From Sphingobium sp. (lineage in GTDB: Bacteria > Pseudomonadota > Alphaproteobacteria > Sphingomonadales > Sphingomonadaceae): DNA of 64,000 nt. Below are positions 51,802-61,428 of the stretch, piece after piece. The notes under the pieces are model-generated. The model was not told the origin of the DNA, did not search any database, and saw nothing but the letters and a program-made list of their open reading frames with translations. The position numbers and the translations under genes are program-made. The stretch lies in NCBI RefSeq assembly GCF_036170395.1, contig NZ_JAVHPD010000012.1:13337-77336 (forward strand), in the 5' to 3' direction. Position 1 is the first letter of the stretch; each line of letters opens with the position of its first letter.

Positions 51802-52368
51802 ATGGAAACCACCAATCTAGCTTCAACGTGCATGAACGCTTGGCGGTTCTATGACCTCTCAACCTGCAAGCCATTGGGGTGGGACGCCGCAACTTGGATC
51901 GCGGTTCTTACCGCTTTAGCTTCCTTAGCTTCCTTACTCATATACTGCGGAAGGAAATTGTATCGACGATGGCGTGGAGTTCGGTCCAGCTCATATGTCG
52001 GCGGTAACTTCAGGCGTAGCCGCTTTCGCAATCTATGCCGATCAATTAAGCCGATTATGGATGATAACTATAGGATGTTCTCCAAATTCGGCCCTAACAG
52101 CGGCAGTAGTGAAGGCCTTCCAAAGATCGTTAGGCATGACTTAGGGATATGGTATCAGGTTCGCAATAAAATTTCTGAAAACAATAAGAAAATAGAATAT
52201 CTTATAAAGGAAAACATGACCGCAATACCATTCGAGTTTCGACCGGCCTTCATCCAATGGCTCGATCATATAGATGCATTCAATGCCCATATAATCGACG
52301 ACAAAGCCGACTACAGCCGGAATCAGTTTCCCCGAGATATATCCGCGATCATTTCCCGTCATGCTTAA
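51802..52368 (+). CDS. Hypothetical protein with one N-terminal TM helix, AT-rich
   Basis: 188-aa ORF with TM WIAVLTALASLASLLIYC. Overlaps the next ORF by 8 nt. Confidence 0.7.
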   Translation: METTNLASTCMNAWRFYDLSTCKPLGWDAATWIAVLTALASLASLLIYCGRKLYRRWRGVRSSSYVGGNFRRSRFRNLCRSIKPIMDDNYRMFSKFGPNSGSSEGLPKIVRHDLGIWYQVRNKISENNKKIEYLIKENMTAIPFEFRPAFIQWLDHIDAFNAHIIDDKADYSRNQFPRDISAIISRHA

Positions 52369-52654
52369 GTCTGAAATTGTAGAAATATGGTTGAGGAATT
52401 ATTTCGGCAGCCATTCACTTCCAGTTGTGAAATGTCTGATGTTTGGGTCGATATTACACTCTGAAAATCCGAATGATATTGATATCATCATAGTATTCAA
52501 TGAGTGGGATATTCGAGATTTTATGAGTCAAATAAAAAAATCATTCAAGATAAAATTTAAATTCACTTTAAACGTACAGATATTTCACATTTCTCAAGAC
52601 GAAATTATAAACTTGTTCCTCAAGCGCGCAGCACCAACGCGTGAGATTTTATGA
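52361..52654 (+). CDS. Minimal nucleotidyltransferase (Pol-beta fold, MNT-like)
   Basis: hhFGS-x7-DID-hhh motif (LMFGSILHSENPNDIDIIIVF) and a later strand LNVQIF. 97 aa, very AT-rich. Confidence 0.7.
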   Translation: MLKSEIVEIWLRNYFGSHSLPVVKCLMFGSILHSENPNDIDIIIVFNEWDIRDFMSQIKKSFKIKFKFTLNVQIFHISQDEIINLFLKRAAPTREIL

Positions 52655-53067
52655 CGAAAGATCTATATTATACAATACCACAGTATTTTATCGCGAGAAT
52701 GTTAGAGCATAATTCAGTCATATCTATAGAGGATGTCAGTACGGACGAGTACTTCTTATATCTTGTCCGCCGATCTAAATATGGACATGCGTTGGTATGG
52801 CTTTCAGATGCATACTTGTTTACTGACATGGACTACATCAATCGTCCGGCGCAGCTTAAGTGCGGCGACTACATCGTTATTGCCAAACCAGAAGGGGGCG
52901 GCGGAGCTTCAACAGAACTTATCCAATCTGCAGCTATCGGAGTTGGCAAACTCGCTGATTTTATGGGCGCACTAAACAAGCGCGACATGTGGACCTATGT
53001 CGCGCCGAGCTGGGAAGAGCGGCAAGAGCGGAAAAAGCGCTTCGAGGCCAAGCGGCGCCAATCATAG
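52651..53067 (+). CDS. Hypothetical protein, 138 aa, alpha/beta, family not recognised
   Basis: ATGA overlap with the MNT gene, and the stop sits just before the thiC end. Confidence 0.7.
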   Translation: MTKDLYYTIPQYFIARMLEHNSVISIEDVSTDEYFLYLVRRSKYGHALVWLSDAYLFTDMDYINRPAQLKCGDYIVIAKPEGGGGASTELIQSAAIGVGKLADFMGALNKRDMWTYVAPSWEERQERKKRFEAKRRQS

Positions 53068-53088
53068 CCGCTTCTCCACGTAGACCGT

Positions 53089-55023
<1,935 letters not shown>

Positions 55024-55033
55024 TCACGGCGCG

Positions 55034-55146
55034 CTCCCTCCCTACGCCGGTGTCAGCCGGATCAGGTTCAGCGGGTCGCGGCCCCGCCCCTTGTTCAAGG
55101 AAGCCAGCCGCCTCTCAACCGTCTGTGGACGGTCCCCCGGGGATGG
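55034..55146 (-). ncRNA. TPP riboswitch
   Basis: The minus strand contains GGGG...UUGAGA...ACCCGCUGAACCUGAUCCGG...ACCGGCGUAGGGA, directly upstream of thiC. Ends are approximate. Confidence 0.93.
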
Positions 55147-55175
55147 CAGCGGGTGTAGCGCAAGCGGCGGGAGAG

Positions 55176-56804
55176 TTAAAGCCCCTTGCGCCCGAAGCCG
55201 CCGGGCGCGCGACGGCCGAACCCCTGAGACGGCGCCGGCGCGCGGGGCGCGGGGAGCGGATCGGCGCGCGGCGGCGGCGCATCGGCGCGCGGCGGCGCGG
55301 CCGGCGCGGCGGGCAGGTCAGCGCGGGGCGCGGCGGGCGCGCCGCCCAGCCCGTCAAATTCTAGCAGCATCGCCGGCACGCTGCCCTCACCGCGATCCGC
55401 GCGGCTCTCCCCCAGGAAGCAGCGAGTCGATCGGTCGGCGGCGTGATCGCCGATCGTGTCGCCATGGGCGATAACCGGACCGTTGATGAGGAGATAGCGC
55501 AGCACGCCGTTCAGCCGCTCGGCCACCTGCTCCAGCGTGCCCGGCGCGTTCCACAGCTCGACCTCGAACCCGGTGAAGGGCAGCATCCCGCCGGTCGAGA
55601 TGGAGATGGCGTCCGCCTCGATCGAATGGAAGGCAGCCCAGGTCCAGAGCGTGATCGGCACCTCGTCGCTGCCGAGAATCCCGATCTGGCTATGGACGCG
55701 CGCCGCCGGCATGACCGTAGCGACACCCGCGTTGAAGAGGCCGACAAAGCCCGCGCGCTTGGACGCGAGGCCGATCAGCAGCGTCGCGATCTTCGCGGTC
55801 TGGCGCACGTCGACGAAGGGCGCGGCGCGGGTGTCGAGATCGATGCGGATCGCATGATGGATGCGGTGGGTGGCGATGAGGCGCTTGTCGTCTTCGGTAA
55901 GGCCATGGCTGCGCGCCTGCGCCTGGGCGAGCAGATAGGCGGGGAGCGGCGCGGCTTCGGTATCGAGCCGGATGGTCGCCCCGCGCCCGGCGATCACGCC
56001 ATGGCGGATGCCGGTCTCTTCCACCCGCCAGTCGCCGCCGGGGTCGATCGCGTCCATCCCTTCGCGCACCAGCGCCCAATCGAGGATCAGCGGCTGGGTG
56101 GCGAGCAGCACCATCGTCGGCAGCCGATCGGGCTGCGGCTTTTCATGCGCGAAGGCGGGCGGGCGGCTGAGGCCCATGCCGTCGGCGATCTCGCCCATGC
56201 CGCGTTCGTGCAGGATGCGCGCCATGGTCTCGTCCATGCTGCCGAGCGAGAGCGCCTGTTCCTGGCTGAGCCCGGCATAGCGGCGCCCGGCCGGCGGGGC
56301 GGCGGCGGGTGCGGGCGCGGTGACGCGCGCGCCGGCAAAGCTGCTGGCGGGGCGGCCGAACTGGACGATCTTGTCGAAGGCCTCGCCCGCGAGCAGCGCT
56401 TTGGCCGCGCGAACCATGTCCTCCTGCGACAGCCAGCCGCCGCCCGGCTCAAGCTGGCAGAGCGCGCCATCGTCCGGCACCATCACGACCGAGGCGATCA
56501 GCAGCAGCATACGGTGCGCGATCGCGTCGCTTTCCGTGGTCGGGCGGCGAATGTCGAGATGCCAGCTGTGGAGCGGCGCGTCGCTGGACAGCGCTTCGTT
56601 CCGCGCGAACAGTTCGCAAAAGACGACGCTGGCCCCGGTGCGCCCCGCGATCAGCTGCGCGCCATGCCATTGCCCCATGGTTTTGGCGCCGCCGTCATCC
56701 TCCTCGCCGATCTGCCATTTGTAGAGCGGCAGCTGCGCGCCCAGCACCTGACGCAGCGGCGCGATCGGGAAAGGAACGGGCTGAGTGAAGGTGATGATCG
56801 CCAC
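55176..56804 (-). CDS. Hypothetical protein with a C-terminal DUF4261-like domain
   Basis: GGMLPFTGFEVE...L..V..YLL.NGP.I.HGDTIG pattern, ending in a Pro/Ala tail and GFGRK. GTG start. Confidence 0.65.
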   Translation of the reverse strand: MAIITFTQPVPFPIAPLRQVLGAQLPLYKWQIGEEDDGGAKTMGQWHGAQLIAGRTGASVVFCELFARNEALSSDAPLHSWHLDIRRPTTESDAIAHRMLLLIASVVMVPDDGALCQLEPGGGWLSQEDMVRAAKALLAGEAFDKIVQFGRPASSFAGARVTAPAPAAAPPAGRRYAGLSQEQALSLGSMDETMARILHERGMGEIADGMGLSRPPAFAHEKPQPDRLPTMVLLATQPLILDWALVREGMDAIDPGGDWRVEETGIRHGVIAGRGATIRLDTEAAPLPAYLLAQAQARSHGLTEDDKRLIATHRIHHAIRIDLDTRAAPFVDVRQTAKIATLLIGLASKRAGFVGLFNAGVATVMPAARVHSQIGILGSDEVPITLWTWAAFHSIEADAISISTGGMLPFTGFEVELWNAPGTLEQVAERLNGVLRYLLINGPVIAHGDTIGDHAADRSTRCFLGESRADRGEGSVPAMLLEFDGLGGAPAAPRADLPAAPAAPPRADAPPPRADPLPAPRAPAPSQGFGRRAPGGFGRKGL

Positions 56805-57036
56805 GAAAGACGCGCCTGAATTGCCGATGTCGCCGGGACAATGGCACGGGGGAGCTTAAGATCGGGTTTAGGCTGGACAATTTGCTTTGCGCGGCACGGG
56901 GCATCCGGTTCGCGTCGAGACGCAAGGAACGAGGACTTTTGCACGCTGCGCCGCTTGGGCACGCACGAGCGGCCGGGCCAATTCCTGCCGTTTGGCGCGG
57001 CTTGTGATCTGCGCGGCGGCGTCCTAGCTTTGCGTC

Positions 57037-57324
57037 ATGCACCGCCCCCCGCCAGACCTCACCACCCGCGCCGGGCGCAAGGCATTCCGGCATGAGATGC
57101 GGATGGTCGCGGTGCGGCCCCGGCGGTGGGGGTTGTGGCTGCTGACCGCCGGCTTCCTGGCTCTGCTCGCGCCGTCGGCCTTCGGCGTCCACACCCTGTT
57201 CGGCTGGTCGCCGAGCCTGATCGGGATCGTCCTGATGCTCGTAGCGTTACCCTTGCTGATCGTGGGCGCGTCGCGGCGCCGGCGCTATCGTCAGGGGCGG
57301 CTGGGACGCGCGCAGGGGGAATGA
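57037..57324 (+). CDS. Hypothetical small two-TM membrane protein
   Basis: Two hydrophobic helices. The stop overlaps the next start (ATGA). Confidence 0.6.
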   Translation: MHRPPPDLTTRAGRKAFRHEMRMVAVRPRRWGLWLLTAGFLALLAPSAFGVHTLFGWSPSLIGIVLMLVALPLLIVGASRRRRYRQGRLGRAQGE

Positions 57325-59438
57325 AAGACATGAAGAAAAGGATGATAGGCTTGGTTTCCGCTGCCCTGCTGACCGGCGCCAATGCGCCATCCGCCACCCC
57401 GCCCGCCCCCGCCGACGATCCGTTCGTCTGGCTGGAGGACTGGACCGGGCCGCGCGCAATGCAATGGGTAGAGGCAGAGAATAAAGCGACGCTGGCCGCC
57501 TTCCAGAATGATCCGCGCTATGCCGGCTATTACGCCCAAGCGCTCGCGATCGCATCGGCCAAGGACCGGATCGCCATGCCGATGCTGATCCACGGGCGGG
57601 TCTATAATGTCTGGCGCGACGCCGATCATCCGCAAGGCATCTGGCGCTGGACCACCGAAGCCGATTACGCGACCGATGCGCCCAAATGGACCACGGTGCT
57701 GGACCTCGATGCGCTGTCCAAGGCGGAGGGCAGGAAATGGGTGTGGAAAGGCGCGACCATCCTCGATCCCGAGGAACGGCTGGCGCTCATCAACCTGTCG
57801 GACGGGGGCGAGGACGCGGTGACGCTGCGCGAGTTCGACCTGGAGACCGGGCAGTTCGTGAAAGGCGGCTTCGACGTGCCGACCTCCAAGCAAAATGAGG
57901 CATGGCTGGACGGCGATACGCTGCTGCTCGCGCGCGACTGGGGGGAGGGCTCGATGACGAAATCGGGCTATCCCTTCGTCGTCAAGACAGTGAAGCGCGG
58001 CCAGCCTTTGTCGGCGGCGACGGAAATCTATCGGGGCGCGGCCAGCGACCAGGTCGGCGTCTATCCGTCGGTCTATTCGGACGGAGACGGCAATCGCGCC
58101 GCCTTCCTCTATCGCGGCGTTACCTTCTTCACCAACGAGACCTTTCTGGTGACGTCGCAGGGGGTGAAGAAGCTGCCGCTGCCGGCCAAGAGCACGATCA
58201 AGGGCATGGTGGCGGGCCAGCTGCTGATCCAGACCAGCCAGGCATGGGACAGCGGCGGCGTGACGGTGCCGAGCGGCGCGCTGGCGGCGGTGCCCTTGAA
58301 AGCGCTGCAAGCGGGCGAGACGCTGACGCCCCAGATATTGTTCGCGCCGACGCCGCGCCAGTCGATCGAGGAGGTCAGCGCGACCAAAGGCCATGTCATC
58401 CTGTCCTACAATGACAATGTGCGCGGCCGGGTGGCGGTGCTGACGCCGGGCGCGCAGGGATGGACGAGCACGCCCGTCGCCCTGCCCGACAATGCGACGA
58501 TCGGCATCGCCACCACCAGCGAGAAGAGCGACCGCGCCTATCTCTCGGTCGCCGGTTTCCTGGCGCCGACGACGCTCTGGGCGCTGGACGCGGCGGCTCC
58601 CAGGCCGGTTCAGGTAAAGGCGATGCCGGCGCGCTTCGACGCGAGCGGCCTGGTGGTCGAGCAATATGAGGCGACCTCCACCGACGGCACGAAAATCCCC
58701 TATTTCATCGTCCATCGGAAGGACATGAAGCAGGACGGCTCCACGCCAACGATCATGACCGCCTATGGCGGGTTCGAGATTTCGATGACGCCAAGCTATG
58801 CCGCGATCACCGGCAAACTGTGGCTGGAGCGGGGCAACAGCTTCGTGCTCGCCAACATCCGAGGCGGCGGCGAATTCGGTCCGGCCTGGCATGAGGCGGG
58901 GCTGAAGACGAAGCGCCAGATCATCTATGACGATTTCGCGGCGGTGGCGCAGGATATTTTCGCGCGCAAACTCTCCTCGCCGCGCCGGTTCGGCATCTAT
59001 GGCGGCTCCAATGGCGGGCTGCTGATGGGCGTGGAGTTCAACCAGCATCCCGATCTCTGGAACGCGGTGACGATCCAGGTGCCGCTGCTCGACATGATCC
59101 GCTACGAACAGATCGCGGCCGGCGCGTCCTGGGTGGACGAATATGGCAGCGTGTCCGTGCCTGAGGAAAAGGCATTTCTGGAGAGGATTTCGCCTTATTC
59201 GAATATCCGCAGGGGCGTGAAATACCCGACACCCTATATCTGGACGACGACGAAAGATGACCGGGTGGGGCCGCAACATGCGCGCAAATTCGCCGCGCGG
59301 CTGAAGGATTATGGCATTCCCTATCATTTCTACGAGGACACGGCCGGCGGCCATTCGGGCGACGCCGACATCGAACAGGGCGCGCGGTTGCAGGCGATGC
59401 AGATGGTCTATTTCAGCCAGCGGCTGGAGGGGGAGTGA
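57321..59438 (+). CDS. Prolyl oligopeptidase family serine peptidase (S9A), secreted
   Basis: Signal peptide, DDPFVWLE, YGGF, ANIRGGGEFG, GGSNGG, DDRV.P.H and GGH. Confidence 0.92.
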   Translation: MKDMKKRMIGLVSAALLTGANAPSATPPAPADDPFVWLEDWTGPRAMQWVEAENKATLAAFQNDPRYAGYYAQALAIASAKDRIAMPMLIHGRVYNVWRDADHPQGIWRWTTEADYATDAPKWTTVLDLDALSKAEGRKWVWKGATILDPEERLALINLSDGGEDAVTLREFDLETGQFVKGGFDVPTSKQNEAWLDGDTLLLARDWGEGSMTKSGYPFVVKTVKRGQPLSAATEIYRGAASDQVGVYPSVYSDGDGNRAAFLYRGVTFFTNETFLVTSQGVKKLPLPAKSTIKGMVAGQLLIQTSQAWDSGGVTVPSGALAAVPLKALQAGETLTPQILFAPTPRQSIEEVSATKGHVILSYNDNVRGRVAVLTPGAQGWTSTPVALPDNATIGIATTSEKSDRAYLSVAGFLAPTTLWALDAAAPRPVQVKAMPARFDASGLVVEQYEATSTDGTKIPYFIVHRKDMKQDGSTPTIMTAYGGFEISMTPSYAAITGKLWLERGNSFVLANIRGGGEFGPAWHEAGLKTKRQIIYDDFAAVAQDIFARKLSSPRRFGIYGGSNGGLLMGVEFNQHPDLWNAVTIQVPLLDMIRYEQIAAGASWVDEYGSVSVPEEKAFLERISPYSNIRRGVKYPTPYIWTTTKDDRVGPQHARKFAARLKDYGIPYHFYEDTAGGHSGDADIEQGARLQAMQMVYFSQRLEGE

Positions 59439-59471
59439 GTGGCGCGGGTTGAAGCGAACTTGGCGCATGCT

Positions 59472-59639
59472 GTTCCCCGGCGCAGGCCGGGGTCCAGTTG
59501 GGAGCGAGCGACTGGCCCCGGCGTACGGCCTCGTAAAGCAGGCTGCGCGTTCCAATCATTGCCAATTGCGCACGAAAAGCCCGCCATGGGGCGGGCTGGG
59601 TTGGAATTCATACTGGGTCCCCGCTTTCGCGGGGATAAC
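59472..59639. repeat. Inverted pair of short REP-like hairpins (REP doublet)
   Basis: gttccccggcgcaggccggggtccag at 59472-97, and ctgggtccccgctttcgcggggataac at 59613-39 (revcomp gttatccccgcgaaagcggggacccag). Confidence 0.6.
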
Positions 59640-59680
59640 ATAAATCTTAGCGCTCGCTTACGCTCGCTGAGATTTATGTT
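59637..59680. terminator. 16-bp hairpin abutting the tRNA-like CCA end
   Basis: aacataaatcttagcg-N12-cgctgagatttatgtt (one G-U pair). Confidence 0.55.
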
Positions 59681-59830
59681 GGTTGCGGGAGGGCGATCTA
59701 ACCGAGACCGACAATCCAAGGAGAAATCTGGTTTGTCGGTATCGGTGGTTGCGGGGGAGGGATTAAACCGGGACCGATACTCGAGTTCGTCTCCAATGTC
59801 GGCAGCGGTGTTTGCGGGGAACTACAACTG
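59680..59830 (-). repeat. Three degenerate copies of a tRNA-fMet 3' end (att-site remnants)
   Basis: + strand TGGTTGCGGGAGGGCGATCTAACC (59680), TGGTTGCGGGGGAGGGATTAAACC (59746) and TGTTTGCGGGGA (59809), compared with the revcomp of tRNA-fMet ...GGTTCAAATCC..CCCCCGCAACCA. Confidence 0.65.
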
Positions 59831-60020
59831 CCGACGTCGCCATTCTCTAGAAGTCGCAATCTGAATAAATTGTAGAAGTCCGCTTAACCGTCCTTGTTTG
59901 TGCCTCGCAACCGGAGTGGGCCATGGCGCTAGGGTGAACGGCTGGAGGATGCCGGCGCTGCTGCCTTTAAATATGCGGGGCACAGCGTTCAAAATTCGAT
60001 CCGCTTTGCAACGCGACATC

Positions 60021-60286
60021 GATCACTAGAGCGCAGCCCTTCACGATTAAGGTCCTGTACAGCGGCAAGGGGCTGGCCAACGCCGACGTGAGGTTGTTCC
60101 AGGAAGCCGGGTTCTATGATGGAAAGAAAGTGGCGGCCGACCTCCACACCAATGCGTCGGGCAAGTTCACCGTTTACCTCGCCGGATGCCGGTCGCTATC
60201 TTCTGCTCGTGCGCCACCGCGACATGGCACCCTCGGGCGCCGCAGCCCACTACTACAGCTATTCCTTCACGCTCGCAGCGATGTAG
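60021..60286 (+). pseudogene. Truncated, frameshifted fragment resembling the C-terminus of a DUF4198-family protein
   Basis: ITRAQPFTIKVLYSGKGLANADVRLFQEAG...TNASGKFTV, then after a frame change near 60180, DAGRYLLLVRHRD...YSYSFTLAAM*. No N-terminal part is present. Confidence 0.55.
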
Positions 60287-60305
60287 CTGGCCAATGTTTC
60301 CAGCG

Positions 60306-60830
60306 TTAATTATGTGTCCGCATCGGCTCGTGAAAGACGCTCTCGCCAAAGCGAATTTTCATCCGACGTGCGACCGAACCTGAATATCTGCGCTGCCGCC
60401 AAGTAGTCGGACTGTGATAAAGGCCAATTGCCGCCCAGTAATCTTTCGCCGCTCGTAGGCCGGAGAGAAAGATCCATCGCGCAGCTTCGGCGTTGAAGCA
60501 GGGATCGAAGCGCAGCCAATGTCGTACCTGCAATTCGGAGTGCCCGACTTGCGCGGCGATGCGCGGCACCCACCAGCTGTTGATCTGCAAGGGGCCAAGA
60601 TCATGCGAGCCATTGCTATTGCGGACTTCAGCTCCGATCCAGCCTGCTTCCTGGTCTCGCAGGCCCCAAAGCGTCTTCTCCAGCCACGCATGACCCATCG
60701 ACGCGTGACGGATGCAGGTAGCTATACGCTGTTCCTCCTGCACTTTTTCGGGCGCGGCCATGGCCCGTTCCGGCGATGCTGCCAGCAAGGCAGTGACTGC
60801 CCATGTCGTGCTCGAGAGAAGGCGCCACAT
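60306..60830 (-). CDS. Lytic transglycosylase (SLT; VirB1/TrbN-like)
   Basis: Signal peptide, catalytic QE, N.NGSHDLGPLQIN and A.G.YHS. ATG 60830 overlaps the upstream stop (TGATG). Confidence 0.9.
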   Translation of the reverse strand: MWRLLSSTTWAVTALLAASPERAMAAPEKVQEEQRIATCIRHASMGHAWLEKTLWGLRDQEAGWIGAEVRNSNGSHDLGPLQINSWWVPRIAAQVGHSELQVRHWLRFDPCFNAEAARWIFLSGLRAAKDYWAAIGLYHSPTTWRQRRYSGSVARRMKIRFGESVFHEPMRTHN

Positions 60831-61417
60831 CACCGTGCCCGCCACGGCGTGGCTCGATGAGATTTCGCGGGAAGCACGGCACGGCCTGGTACTTCAGCCA
60901 CTGCTATCGGGCCGCCTGTCACCAGGGCAAGCAGCCTCCGCCCGGATAGGATCTCGACGTGGCTGCTGTTACCGATGGATTCTCGGCTCTGCGGCCCTGT
61001 TCGGCCGGTATGGATGAAAAGGCCGCGACAGTTGCTGGCCCGGCACAGCGCATTGAAGGCGCTGACATGTTCGGGCCGGATGGCCGTTGCATAGCGCTTG
61101 GCCTGGATGAGCCACAGAGCGCCGTCGATCATCACCTTTCCATCAATGCCGCCATCGCCAGTGTAGCGATGGTTTCTGATGACCCTGAAACCACGACGCT
61201 CCAAACTTTCGAGCAGCAATTCCTCAAAGGCGAGCGGATCCATGCTTCTTAGCCGGGCGTAGAGGAGCTGGGGCGGTTGCAGGCGATCACGGCGGCGCAG
61301 TTGCTGCACCATGACCCTTGCCTGCCTGCGACGCCAGCGATGCCGCAAGGGCACGTGAAAGCGGTGCAGGACAAGGGCCAGGAGCATCAACGCGACAGCG
61401 AGCAGGATGAGGAGCAT
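60830..61417 (-). CDS. Mrr-like PD-(D/E)XK restriction endonuclease with an N-terminal TM helix
   Basis: DPLAFEELL...L..RGF, TGDGGIDG and IQAKRY, preceded by a hydrophobic 16-aa N-terminus. Confidence 0.85.
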   Translation of the reverse strand: MLLILLAVALMLLALVLHRFHVPLRHRWRRRQARVMVQQLRRRDRLQPPQLLYARLRSMDPLAFEELLLESLERRGFRVIRNHRYTGDGGIDGKVMIDGALWLIQAKRYATAIRPEHVSAFNALCRASNCRGLFIHTGRTGPQSRESIGNSSHVEILSGRRLLALVTGGPIAVAEVPGRAVLPAKSHRATPWRAR

Positions 61418-61428
61418 GGGACGAGCCT

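Noticed and set aside
52361-52654. CBASS (CD-NTase) or classical MNT-HEPN assignment for the AT-rich operon
   Set aside because: At 97 aa the ORF is far too short for a CD-NTase, and no Cap2/Cap3/SAVED/patatin genes are present. The only R-x4-H in a neighbour (RSKYGH) sits in a beta-like context unlike the helical HEPN fold, so I left the operon unassigned.
56805-57036. Possible ncRNA in the 230-nt divergent intergenic region
   Set aside because: I could not identify a conserved family motif or a convincing structure. It would need an Rfam/Infernal search.
59680-59830. CRISPR array or intact tRNA
   Set aside because: There are only three highly degenerate motifs, no cas genes and no constant repeat. 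No cloverleaf, D-arm or anticodon arm extends from any copy.
59439-59864. 141-aa ORF after the prolyl oligopeptidase
   Set aside because: It runs through REP hairpins and att remnants with no coherent domain. Only its tail resembles recombinase read-through, so it is treated as non-coding scar.
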